Assembly: GCA_963796105.1 (NCBI GenBank)
Contig: CAWCKJ010000003.1
Coordinates: 64,001-128,000 of the forward strand
DNA: 64,000 bases
Origin: a candidate division FCPU426 bacterium
GTDB lineage: Bacteria; Oederibacteriota; Muellerivitia; Muellerivitales; Muellerivitaceae
Direction of reading: 5' to 3'
The notes under the pieces are model-generated. The model was not told the origin of the DNA, made no database searches, and worked only from the letters and a program-made list of their open reading frames with translations. How positions within the stretch are numbered: the stretch's first letter is position 1; each line of letters begins with the position of its first letter. A program made the position numbers and the translations under genes. Positions 20,099 to 30,500 of the stretch are shown here, one piece after another.

Positions 20099-22018
20099 TT
20101 AATTGGGCGGCAGCCTTTCAAGGATGCGACGGGCTGAAGAGTGGCTGGGGTCTTTTTTTAAAACGCGCTCCACGCAGAGCCGAGCTTCGCTGTAACGTCC
20201 TAATAAGTAATACAGAACGCCGAGGTGGCTGTAGAGATCGTAATATTTTCCGCCCGTAAGCCGGACCGATTCCAGGAAAAACGCCTCAGCGGTTTCGTTA
20301 TGGTCATCCAGTAAGAAGAAGTTTCCAATAACGGGAAAACCGTTGGGATAAATCTGGGGTGCGTAAAAGCCTTCCAAAAAGGTATGCCAAGCCGGGGGAT
20401 CGGGTAAGCGCAACAATTCCGCGGCCCGGTTCAGGATGTCCGCCGGAATGTTGTTTTCGGCCATGAAGCGTAAAGGGTTCAGGGCCGGCACTTGAGGCGC
20501 GTATCCGTTTCTCAAGTAAATCGCGTCATTTCCATCCAGGTAAACAGGCCTCCACTGACCGCTAGTGTGGAGGTCGGATATCCACCTTGGGGTAATCGAA
20601 GGATTGAAAAGAAGTATGTCGGCGGAATATTTGTCCGCCAATGGCAAGACCCCTCCGGCGTTCAGGGACGCGATATATTCACTGAATAATTTTTCGCCCA
20701 TCACTTCCAGCCGGCCGTCAATAAATACCTTTTGGGGCCCCTTCCAGTCCAGCCAGCCCCCGGAGTTCAAGGAATTCAATATCCTTCCGTCCAGATGGTT
20801 TTGAACCAGAAAATCCGTTGCGTGAACAGGCTGCATTTCTTCGTTTATCCCCAAGCCGAAACGTTCAAACCGGCGGTCATCCACGTAATAAGCGTTCGTG
20901 ACGACTCTCAAGGATAATCCGAGAAGCAGGGCAGTAAGAATCCAGGATGACCAGGCTGATGACAAAAAAGTCTCCTGGAATTTCCGCGACCAAACCCATT
21001 CCAAGTCCTTCCAGCAGGCGGCTAACATGGGCAGGCAAGTGAGTATGAAAAGAGGAATGTTGCGGACGGCTGTTGCGGAAAGGTAAAAGAATAGGCCGGC
21101 CAGGAAAAACTCATGTATCTTCCGCCTTTTAAAGGTCGCCAGGAACAAGAATATCAAAAGAAAACTGAAAAGTTTGTAGGCCCAAAGCTGGACATCGAGC
21201 ATGGTACGGAGGCTTGAATGACTCCAGGGCGATATGAATTCAGCGATGTGCAACTGGAACAATTCCGAGTGGATTGATTCCCAAAGTTTGAAAGGGAAAA
21301 ACACCCCACGGAAGAAATAAGGGTTCACCAGATTCAAGGCCATGGCCAGGCCCGAGAAACGCAGCATTTTCAGGTCAAACTGGCGCTGATGAAAATAGCT
21401 TGAAACCAAGTAGGCGGCCATCAGGCCCCAACCCAGGATGTTGAGGCCTTCCACGTTGACCCATATCACCTGGAGAAAGGGAAGCAGGAAAAGAAGATCC
21501 TTTTTGCCCTCCGACTTTAGTTCCAAGACCCAAAGCATCCCGCCCAAAAGAATCCAACTGAGTATTTCCGGTCTTACCTGTAAACGCATTTCGCAGGCCA
21601 CAACAGATCCCGCGAATAAAAGCGCGGACATCCACAGCGATGCGCCGGTTGATCGGAGGCGCGCCCATAACAGGGCGAAGGCCGTGACTATCAGGACAAT
21701 ATTGAAAATGGAAAGAAGGGCGTAATTTCCGGCAAGGTAAAGCAGGTAAAGCACGATCTGGTACAGCCATTGACTATTAATATAATCGTGATCAGGGACC
21801 GTATAGGTATAGGTATCTGTGGACGGAAAACAATGGTTTTGCAGAATCCATTGGCCTCCCTTGAGATGGAAGCCCAGATCGGGATCGTGGATGTAGTGAG
21901 CGCTAAACAGAGCTAGTAGTAGAAAACTGGATAAAAGAGTCCAGGACCAGGGATTGAAAAGTAGAAGACGAAAAGAGGAAGACCACTCCCGGGATTGGGG
22001 TGACGTATCCGTTGGCAT
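20099..22018 (-). CDS. Polytopic membrane protein, probable GT-C fold, with C-terminal TPR
   Basis: DPDLGFHLKGGQWI after first TM, WLYQ, RPE, WVN, NPY, VFIDGR motifs; many TM helices; TPR-like end. Confidence 0.65.
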   Translation of the reverse strand: MPTDTSPQSREWSSSFRLLLFNPWSWTLLSSFLLLALFSAHYIHDPDLGFHLKGGQWILQNHCFPSTDTYTYTVPDHDYINSQWLYQIVLYLLYLAGNYALLSIFNIVLIVTAFALLWARLRSTGASLWMSALLFAGSVVACEMRLQVRPEILSWILLGGMLWVLELKSEGKKDLLFLLPFLQVIWVNVEGLNILGWGLMAAYLVSSYFHQRQFDLKMLRFSGLAMALNLVNPYFFRGVFFPFKLWESIHSELFQLHIAEFISPWSHSSLRTMLDVQLWAYKLFSFLLIFLFLATFKRRKIHEFFLAGLFFYLSATAVRNIPLFILTCLPMLAACWKDLEWVWSRKFQETFLSSAWSSWILTALLLGLSLRVVTNAYYVDDRRFERFGLGINEEMQPVHATDFLVQNHLDGRILNSLNSGGWLDWKGPQKVFIDGRLEVMGEKLFSEYIASLNAGGVLPLADKYSADILLFNPSITPRWISDLHTSGQWRPVYLDGNDAIYLRNGYAPQVPALNPLRFMAENNIPADILNRAAELLRLPDPPAWHTFLEGFYAPQIYPNGFPVIGNFFLLDDHNETAEAFFLESVRLTGGKYYDLYSHLGVLYYLLGRYSEARLCVERVLKKDPSHSSARRILERLPPN

Positions 22019-22471
22019 GAGGGGAATTATAACAAAATCCCCACCGCTATCATCTAATCAGGATGGAAGGGAAGAATGGAAAACATATTCGGGAAGGAGG
22101 GGTATTGCCGGACGTCCTGCGTTCACGCTGAGGCAATCCGGTGTCATTTCTATTGCCTATGCTATCCGGACTTATTAAGGAAGGTTTTTTTGATTTAAGG
22201 AGTGTCAGCCAATGGCTTGATACCGGCTGCAATGGCCCCGGACTTGCCCGGGGGCCTAGCCGTGTACTTGGGCGAGGTTCCATTTCCCGCCCAAGTGACG
22301 AGCCGAAGGATCGTCCCTTGATAGTTTTTCCGAGCAACCTTGCTATAGTCCATATTTCCAGACGATTCTCGGATAATTTAACCCGCGTAATGGTATTATT
22401 TCGGCAAGTTTTCCGCCGCCCTTCCACGCCCACCAGCCAAATTCGAGATCATCCATACGGAGAAACAGATC

Positions 22472-23533
22472 ATGGACCTGGGTAAATTCCTGGCAACAGG
22501 CATCGGCAGTCTTCCTTACTCTTCGCCGGAACATGCGGTCGAGATGGTGCTTTCCAAGATCCCGCGCGCGCCTCATTGGCCCCAATTGCCTAAATTTGGG
22601 TTTTCCGAGCAGATGGAAATCCAATATTCGGAGGGCCTTCCATGCGCCGTGGTGGACCGAGTCAAGAGCCGCCTGCACTTGAATACCACTGGGGACTACT
22701 CCGAGGCTTTCGCGGATTTTTACACCAAATACGAGCAAGCTGTCACTGGGGGCGGAGTGGACCCCTCCCTGGGTTTGGGCGTCGATTACGCCCACGGTTT
22801 CCACGCCATGGAACGGCGCTTGAAGGAGGAGGGTGGAAAACGGCCCTTCGTGAAGGGCCAGACCTGCGGGCCCTTGACCTTCACCCTCACCGTCACGGAC
22901 CAGGACAAACGAGCCCTTTACTATAACGAGGAGTTCCGGGATGTCTGTGTCAAGCTGGCCGTGGTCAAGTGCCTCTGGCAGATCGAGCGCCTCAAACCCT
23001 ACGGGGAAAAAGTCATCTGCTTCGTGGACGAGCCCATCCTGACCGCCTTCGGCAGTTCCACCTACGTTTCCGTCCGGCGCGAGGACGTGGTGGCAATCAT
23101 CAAGGAAGTTGTGGACGCGGTGAAGGGCGCCGGGGCCATTTCCGGCATTCATTGCTGCGGCAACACCGAGTGGAGCATCCCCCTGGACGCGGGTGTGGAT
23201 ATTCTCAATTTCGACGCTTTTACCTGCGGGGCATCCCTGGCCATGTATTCCGAAGCTGTCAAGGCTCACTTGGACCGCGGCGGTTACCTGGCTTGGGGTA
23301 TAGTGCCGACTTCCAACGCCATCCATGATCACGCGCCAGCGGGCTTGGCTTCACAGCTTGAAAACTATTTCCGGATGCTGGGGGAAAAGGGCATCAAGAC
23401 GGCCATGCTGGCCGAGAGGGCCCTGTTGACGCCCTCCTGCGGAACCGGAACCCTCGATCCCCATGACGCTGAGCTTGTTTATGACACCCTGGGAAATCTT
23501 TCCAAGCTTTTGAAACACAAATACGGGTTCTAA
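22472..23533 (+). CDS. Core (single-barrel) methionine synthase, MetE C-terminal-like, MesB/core-MetE type
   Basis: 353 aa; ATGIGSLP, PHWPQLP, KGQTCGP, FVDEP, Zn ligands GIHCCG and TPSCG, LAWGIVPT; no N-terminal folate-binding barrel. Confidence 0.8.
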   Translation: MDLGKFLATGIGSLPYSSPEHAVEMVLSKIPRAPHWPQLPKFGFSEQMEIQYSEGLPCAVVDRVKSRLHLNTTGDYSEAFADFYTKYEQAVTGGGVDPSLGLGVDYAHGFHAMERRLKEEGGKRPFVKGQTCGPLTFTLTVTDQDKRALYYNEEFRDVCVKLAVVKCLWQIERLKPYGEKVICFVDEPILTAFGSSTYVSVRREDVVAIIKEVVDAVKGAGAISGIHCCGNTEWSIPLDAGVDILNFDAFTCGASLAMYSEAVKAHLDRGGYLAWGIVPTSNAIHDHAPAGLASQLENYFRMLGEKGIKTAMLAERALLTPSCGTGTLDPHDAELVYDTLGNLSKLLKHKYGF

Positions 23534-23548
23534 ACGGACCAAGACATC

Positions 23549-23600
23549 TCACCACATGCAAGCTTTCAACAAAATATTTAATAGGGCTAGCATGTGGTGA
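23549..23600. repeat. Inverted repeat with TCACCAC/GTGGTGA family termini
   Basis: TCACCACATGC ... GCATGTGGTGA, 11-bp perfect arms. Confidence 0.65.
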
Positions 23601-23622
23601 ATAATGTTTTGATGGAGGCTGC

Positions 23623-24423
23623 ATGAAGATCGCCATATCCGGAAAAGGGGGAGCGGGCAAGTCCACGATCTCTGCCGCTTTGGCCCTTTTGATGGCACGC
23701 CGGGGCAGGAAAGTTCTCGCGGTGGACGCTGATCCCGCCGAGAGTCTCGCGGCCTACCTGGGATATTCTCAGGAGGAAAGGGCCAAATTTATTCCCGTCT
23801 CCCGTCAGATGAAACTCGTCGAGGAGCGAACCGGCGCCAAGGTCAAGCAATACGGCCAGGTTTTCCAATTGAACCCCAAAGTCGATGACATCGCGCCCCA
23901 ATTCGCTTCCCTTAAAAACGGGGTGGCGCTCCTAGTTCTCGGGGCGGTGGAGGGCGGGGGAAGCGGGTGCGCCTGCCCGGAAAGCACCCTTTTGAGGGCT
24001 CTCGTCACCGATTTAGTTCTCTATAAGGACGATTCGCTGGTCATGGACATGGAGGCGGGCGTGGAGCACCTGGGGCGTGGAACCGCCAAAGGCGTGGATG
24101 TGATGCTCGCGGTCGTGGAGCCCTCGCAAAGATCCGTGGAAACAGCCAAACGTGTGGAAAAACTCGCTGGCGAGATCGGCTTGAAGAACATTTTGTTTGT
24201 AGGCAATAAGATCGAGCGTGCAGAGGATGAGAAATTCATCTACGGCTGTTTTCGAAACCAAAAAGTCATTGGGATGATCCCTTTTTCAGACGTCATAAAG
24301 CGCTCAGAGCGCGAGGGAAGGGCGGCCCTGGAATCCTTGAACCCCGATATGGTCAATAGATTCGAGGGTTTGCTGGATTCTCTGGAGAAATATTCCTCTA
24401 ATCGAAAACACTACTCAGATTAG
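23623..24423 (+). CDS. cooC: CODH/ACS nickel-insertion ATPase CooC/AcsF
   Basis: ISGKGGAGKST, VDADP, GGSGCACPE, DMEAGVEHLGRGT. Confidence 0.92.
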   Translation: MKIAISGKGGAGKSTISAALALLMARRGRKVLAVDADPAESLAAYLGYSQEERAKFIPVSRQMKLVEERTGAKVKQYGQVFQLNPKVDDIAPQFASLKNGVALLVLGAVEGGGSGCACPESTLLRALVTDLVLYKDDSLVMDMEAGVEHLGRGTAKGVDVMLAVVEPSQRSVETAKRVEKLAGEIGLKNILFVGNKIERAEDEKFIYGCFRNQKVIGMIPFSDVIKRSEREGRAALESLNPDMVNRFEGLLDSLEKYSSNRKHYSD

Positions 24424-24516
24424 TTTTATGACTGAAAACATTTACGGAAAACGGATAAAGAATGAAAATACAGTATGTCGGTTACCAATTGCTATCAAGC
24501 GGGATGAGGGGCGGCT

Positions 24517-25275
24517 GTGAGTAAGCTGATCGCGGTGGGGGGCAAAGGAGGAGTGGGCAAGACCACGATTTCAGCCCTCCTGACCCTGAGGCTGGCCGCT
24601 AGAGGTATGAAGCCGGTCCTGGCGGTGGACGCGGACCCAAATTGCTGTCTGGACGCGGCCCTGGGAGTGAAGGCGTTAAGCACCGTGGGGGGCGTTAGGG
24701 AAACGGCCAAACAGATCGCTGGCACGGGCATGGCGGTAGGGGTCTCCAAGCAAGACCTGCTGGAGCTCAAGATCGCCGAGTCGATCGTGGAAGCGGATGA
24801 TTTCGATTTGATCGCCATGGGCCGGCCCGAGGGGCCCGGCTGTTACTGCTACGCCAACAATGTCTTGAGGGCCACGCTGGAGAAGCTGGCCTCCAAGTAT
24901 CCGGTGGCCGTGCTGGACAACGAGGCGGGCCTGGAGAACTTGTCCCGGCGCATCGCCCCGAAGGTGGACGCGCTTGTCCTGGTGACCGACGCTTCGAGGG
25001 CCGGGCTGGAAACCGTCAAGCGACTCCACGCGCTATCGAAGGAGATGGGTATCATCTATGGCAAGCTCGGTTTGATCGTCAACCGGACGCGTCAAGGTGA
25101 ATTGTCCGAGGAGGCCAAGCAAACAGCCGCCTCGATCGGCGCTTTCAAGGCTATTGCCCTGCCTTCCGACCTGGAAGTGGCGGAATTGGCGGAAAAGGGA
25201 TTGAGCCTTAAGGAGTTGAAGGATAGTAATCCGCTAGTCAGCCGGATCGATGAACTGCTTTCAAGCTTAGGATAA
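24517..25275 (+). CDS. cooC: Second CooC/AcsF-type nickel-insertion ATPase
   Basis: GGKGGVGKTT, VDADPN, MGRPEGPGCYCYAN, DNEAGLENLSRR. Confidence 0.9.
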   Translation: MSKLIAVGGKGGVGKTTISALLTLRLAARGMKPVLAVDADPNCCLDAALGVKALSTVGGVRETAKQIAGTGMAVGVSKQDLLELKIAESIVEADDFDLIAMGRPEGPGCYCYANNVLRATLEKLASKYPVAVLDNEAGLENLSRRIAPKVDALVLVTDASRAGLETVKRLHALSKEMGIIYGKLGLIVNRTRQGELSEEAKQTAASIGAFKAIALPSDLEVAELAEKGLSLKELKDSNPLVSRIDELLSSLG

Positions 25276-25284
25276 AACCAATCT

Positions 25285-25524
25285 CACCACGGAGGTACAG
25301 AGGCACAGCTGAAAATGAGATGGGATCTACAAAACTCGAAATAATGCCGGGTAAGGATGAGAATTTAATACTTAACTCAACTTTGGCAAATCGTGTCAAT
25401 TCCCCCTCTTTCAAAGGGGGAGACATAGTGTGCTCGGTAATTTTGCCAAAGACTGCTAGGTTATGTTGTTTGACTGTGTGTTTTTGTGAACTCTGTGTGC
25501 CGCCCCAGGCGGTCTGTGGTTAAA
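25285..25524. repeat. Inverted pair of the dispersed CACCAC...GGCACAG repeat
   Basis: CACCACGGAGGTACAGAGGCACAG (25285-25308) and CTCTGTGTGCCGCCCCAGGCGGTCTGTGGTTAAA (25491-25524). Confidence 0.7.
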
Positions 25525-25554
25525 GCCGTTAAATTTATGGTTTAGGAGTGGGAA

Positions 25555-27504
25555 TTGGCCCCCAAAAAAACACCCGAGGAAAGAGTCTGGGATTTGGCGT
25601 CCGTGGAGACGCTCGCGAAAGCCGAGCGCGATGGGGTTGAGACTTGTTTCCTTCGAATGGACGCCCAGGGAACCGCCTGCAAATTCGGCACTGAGGGTCT
25701 CTGCTGCAGGGTTTGCCATATGGGACCCTGCCGGATCACGCCGAAATCCCCCCGTGGTGTCTGCGGGGCGGACGCTGATACCATCGTGGCCCGCAATTTT
25801 CTCCGGGAGGCCGCCGGGGGAACAGCCGCCCATTCCGACCATGGCCGCCATCTGGTACTGCTTTTAAAGAAGGCCGCGGAGGGCAAGGGAGGGGATTACG
25901 CCATCAAGGACGAGGAGGCGCTTCGCCGGAACGCCCGCCTCTGGAATGTCCCCGAGGAAGGCCGGGGAGTGCCGGAAGTCGCCCTGGATCTGGCCAACCG
26001 CTTCCTGTATGAGTTCGCCTCACAGGAAGATTCCTTGGCAACCCTCGCCTTGGCGCCGCCAGCCCAGCAATCTGCTTGGAAAAAACAGCATGTTTCGCCC
26101 TTGGGAATCGACCGGATGGTGGTAGAAGCCATGCACCGTTCCACCATGGGCGTGGACCATGATTACCGCCATCTTCTCTTATCTGCTTTCCAAGTCTCCC
26201 TGGCCGACGGCTGGGGAGGGTCGCGCATCGCCAGCGCAGTCACAGACATCCTTTTCGGCACTCCTATGCCCATCAAAGGCGAGGCCAACCTGGGAGTGCT
26301 CCGGACCGACACCGTGAACGTGGTGGTTCACGGACATGAACCGGCGCTTTCTGAAATACTGGCTATCGCCTCGCGCGACCCGCAGATTCTCGAGGCGGCC
26401 CGCCAAGCGGGCGCCAAGGGCGGGGTAACCCTGGCTGGAATCTGTTGCACGGCCAATGAGATCCTCATGCGCCACGGAATCCCCGTGGCTGGCAATTTCC
26501 TCCAACAGGAACTGGCGGTCGTGACGGGCGCGGTGGAGATGCTCCTGGTGGACGTGCAATGCTGTATGCCGAGCCTTCCTGATATCGCCGCTTCCTACCA
26601 TACGGAGGTGGTTTCCACATCCGATATCGCCAAGACGGTGGGAGTGGATCATTTTACTTTCGATGAGAATCACGCCATGGAGTCGGCCAAGTCGCTCCTA
26701 ATGCGGGCCATAGCCAACTTTAAGAAACGCGATCCGAACAAGCTTTCCATCCCCAAGGCCAAAAGCCCGCTGGTGGCTGGTTTTTCCGTGGAGGCTATTC
26801 GTTACATGCTGGGAGGCTCCTTCAGGGCTTCCTTCCGCCCCTTGAACGACGCCATCATTTCAGGGCGTATCCGGGGGATCGCGGGACTGGTGGGCTGCAA
26901 CAATCCCAGGACCAAGGTGGATTCTTACACGAACACCCTCACGAAAGAGCTTTTGAAGAACAACGTCCTGGTCATCAAGACCGGCTGCGCGGCCCTGGCT
27001 TCCGCCAAGGAGGGAATGCTCACTCCTGAGGCGGCCTTGGAGCACGCTGGCGCCGGTTTGAGGGAAGTCTGCGAGGCGGTCGGCATGCCGCCGGTCCTTC
27101 ATATGGGAAGCTGTGTGGATAACACCCGCATCCTGGAGGCCGCCACTGAGATAGTTCGGGAAGGCGGCTTGGGGGATGATTTGTCCCAAGTCCCGGCGGT
27201 GGGGGTGGCCCCTGAGTGGATGAGCGAAAAGGCCGTGGCCATCGGATGCTACTTCGTGGCTTCCGGTGTTGATGTTGTGCTGGGACATCCTTTCCACGTG
27301 GGTGGGTCGGAAAAAGTTGAGAAATTCCTGGGTGAGGGGGCCAACGAGGTTTTTGGGGCGTCGTTCCATGTCTGCACCGACCCCCACGAGGCCGCGAAGA
27401 AAATCCTGGAATTGTTGGAAGCTGACCGAGACAGGCTGGGCATCAACAAAAAACAGGAACGAAAAATGTACGACATGAAGGACCGGAGGGGACTCGTTGT
27501 CTAA
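25555..27504 (+). CDS. cooS: Anaerobic carbon-monoxide dehydrogenase catalytic subunit (CooS/AcsA)
   Basis: CKFGTEGLCCRVCHMGPC, GVCGAD, AHSDH, VHGHEP, GICCTANE, DVQC, VGCNN, TGC, HMGSCVDN, EWMSEKA. Confidence 0.96.
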   Translation: MAPKKTPEERVWDLASVETLAKAERDGVETCFLRMDAQGTACKFGTEGLCCRVCHMGPCRITPKSPRGVCGADADTIVARNFLREAAGGTAAHSDHGRHLVLLLKKAAEGKGGDYAIKDEEALRRNARLWNVPEEGRGVPEVALDLANRFLYEFASQEDSLATLALAPPAQQSAWKKQHVSPLGIDRMVVEAMHRSTMGVDHDYRHLLLSAFQVSLADGWGGSRIASAVTDILFGTPMPIKGEANLGVLRTDTVNVVVHGHEPALSEILAIASRDPQILEAARQAGAKGGVTLAGICCTANEILMRHGIPVAGNFLQQELAVVTGAVEMLLVDVQCCMPSLPDIAASYHTEVVSTSDIAKTVGVDHFTFDENHAMESAKSLLMRAIANFKKRDPNKLSIPKAKSPLVAGFSVEAIRYMLGGSFRASFRPLNDAIISGRIRGIAGLVGCNNPRTKVDSYTNTLTKELLKNNVLVIKTGCAALASAKEGMLTPEAALEHAGAGLREVCEAVGMPPVLHMGSCVDNTRILEAATEIVREGGLGDDLSQVPAVGVAPEWMSEKAVAIGCYFVASGVDVVLGHPFHVGGSEKVEKFLGEGANEVFGASFHVCTDPHEAAKKILELLEADRDRLGINKKQERKMYDMKDRRGLVV

Positions 27505-30500
27505 AATCATCTGTACCTCCGCCATCGAAGGGGCACTGCAATGGGTGGCCCAAGCCGAGGCGAAACTTACGGAAGCCGTCAAATCCCGCGGCGAATCCAC
27601 TCCGGTTTCCTTCCCCAATACGGCTTATTTCCTGCCGGTCCTCTTTTCCTTCACGGGAGAGAAAATCACCACACTGGGCGACATGAAGCGCGCCCTGGAC
27701 CGGGCCAAAAAACTCCTCCCCGGCAGGCCTTCCGAGCATAACTGGCTTCCATACCTCGGCCAAGCCCTGGACGCGGGCGTGGCCTCGCTTTTCGCCTGCG
27801 AGATCATTGAGGCGCTCAAGTATTTGACGGGCCCCAATCCCATTGAGGGAATATGGTTGGGCGCGGCCAATGACGTGATTCTTCGCGAACGCGGGGTGGA
27901 GTTCGTGGACGGGTCAGCACCAGGATTTGCCGTAATTACCGGGGCAGCCCCTGACAAGGAAACAGCTGTCTCTATCGCCCGCTCCCTTCAGGAGAAAAAC
28001 CTTTATGTGTTCATGGGAGGGGGCCTGAACGGCGTCCAGTTTTCGGATCAGTTGGCCGAGGCTGGGGTGCAATTGGGCTGGGAAACCAGGCTGGTGCCAT
28101 TCGGCCGAGACGTCTCCTCCCTCATTTACGCCCTGGGTTTCGCCAATCGAGCTGCCCTTTCCTTCGGCGGGGTCAAGCCTGGCGACTTCAAGGCCAACCT
28201 TAGGTACTGCAAGAACCGCATCTTCGCCTTTGTCTTGGCCTTCGGGGAAGTGACCTCCGAAAAGTACGCGGTTGCCGCTGGAGCCATCAATTACGGGTGC
28301 CCGGTCATTGCTGACACCGACATCCCCCAAATTCTTCCCACGGGAGTCTGCACTTACGAGCACGTGGTCTCCAATGTCAAGCACGCCGACATGGTGGAAA
28401 CAGCCCTCAAGGTGAGGGGATGCAAGATCAAGGTCACCAAGGTTCCCATTCCGGTTTCCTATGGCCCTGCTTTCGAGGGAGAACGGATCAGGCGTCAGGA
28501 CACCCATGTGGAATTCGGCGGGAACAAGACCCCGGCATTCGAATTCGTCACCTCGACGGGGCTGGATGACATCAAGGACGGCGAGATTGTCCTTATCGGC
28601 CCCGATATCGACCAAGTGGAGCCAGGCGGTTTGATGCCCCTGTCCATCTGGGTGGAGGCCGCCGGGCGAAAAATGCAGTCCGATTTCGAGCCAATCCTTG
28701 AGCGCCAGATCCACCATATGATCAACGGCGCTGAGGGTGTTTGGCACATGGGCCAGCGCGACATCATCTGGACCCGCGTGTCCAAGGCGACCTATGCCAA
28801 GGGCTTCCGCCTCAAACATTATGGGGAAATCATCCACGCCAAGATTCTATCGGCTTATGGTTCCATCGTGGACAAAGTCAAGGTCACGCTCATCACGGAC
28901 GCGGATGAGGTCAAGAACCGTCTGGAATTAGCGAGAAAAATTTACGACGAGCGCAACCGGCGCCTGGAGGCCATGACCGACGAGTCCGTGGAAATTTTCT
29001 ACTCCTGCCTTCTTTGCCAATCCTTCGCGCCCAACCACGTTTGCGTAATCACGCCCCAGCGCCTGGGCCTTTGCGGGGCCTACAACTGGCTCGACGGCAA
29101 GGCGGCCTACGAGATCGACAAGAACGGGCCAAACCAGCCCGTAGCCAAGGGCGAGTGTCTGGACAAGGCCAAGGGCATCTTCAAGGGCGTGGACGATTAC
29201 GTGTACCTGAACAGCCACAAATGCATCCCCTCCTACGCGCTTTACGCCATCATGGACAAGCCCATGACCTCCTGCGGTTGTTTCGAGGCTATCGTAGCCT
29301 ATGTGCCGGATTTGAACGGCGTCATGGCGGTCAACCGCGAGTACCTGGGCGAGACCCCGGCCGGCATGACCTTTTCCTCGCTCGCGGGCAACGTGGGCGG
29401 CGGGGCCCAGACGCCCGGCTTCATGGGAGTGGGCAAGATATTCCTCACCTCGCCGAAATTCCTGGCGGCGGAGGGCGGCCACCGGCGCATCGTGTGGATG
29501 CCCAAGACCCTCAAGGAACTTTTGAAACCCGACCTGGAAAGGTTGTTCAAGAGCCTGGGATGCCCGGAACTTTTCGACCAGATCGCGGATGAGACGGTGG
29601 GAAGCGACCCCAAGGCTCTCAAAGCCCACCTGGAAAAGGTGAAACATCCGGCGCTCACCATGACGGATATGTCCAATTACATCGGGGGAAGTGAACCTGA
29701 GCCGATTAGCACAGATACCATTGTGCCGGTCACTCCAGCCTCGACCGGCAAGGCGATGGAATTGACGCCAGAAAAAATTATGGAAATGATCCGCAACACA
29801 GCCGCCGAAGGGTTGAAAGGCGGGGCCTCGGGCGAGAACGCGGTACGAAACGTGATCCAGGCCCTTGGCGCCAAGTTCCTGGGGACTTCCTTCAAAGCCG
29901 AAAGCGTGCCTACTACGCCTGCAAAAGCTATTACCCCGGTTTCCACTGCGCCATCCGTAATGGACGTTAAGACCTTTAAGATTCCCAAGCAAAAATGCGA
30001 GACACCCATTCGGATTGTGAAACTGGGCGCCACCAAGGCCGAGGGAGGCACCAGGCGCCTGTCGTATCAAATCGGCGGGGCGACCGCTATGCCGTTCCAT
30101 TCTTTCGAGGGGGAGACCCCCCATCGGCCGCTTGTAGCCATGGAGGTTTTTGACAAGGTTTCAGAAAAGTATCCCAAGATTCTGAGGGATATCTTCGGAA
30201 ACCTGCTCGAGGACCCGGCGGCCATGGCCAAGGCTTGCGTCGAAAAATACGGGGCGGATTTAATTAGCGTGCGGTTGGATGGGACCCATCCGGAGAAGGG
30301 GGACCGTTCCGCGGCCCAGGCTGTTGAAACCATCAAGGCAGTTTTGAAGTCAGTGGATGTTCCATTGATCGTGACTGGACATAACCATTTCGATAAGGTG
30401 AACGAGGTCATGAAGGCTGTGGCCTCAGCCTGTGCCGGGGAAAACCTGCTATTGAATTGGACCGAACAGAACAACTATAAGGCCATCGCTGGGGCGGCCC

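Noticed and set aside
22050..22470. Canonical SAM-I or cobalamin riboswitch
   Set aside because: Could not find the ATC-AGAG/GCAAC/GAT core or the B12-box in the correct order; kept only as an unclassified structured region.
25320..25523. 67-aa ORF between cooC and cooS
   Set aside because: Lies between and overlaps dispersed repeat copies; the Cys-rich end derives from the TGTG repeat and there is no good RBS.
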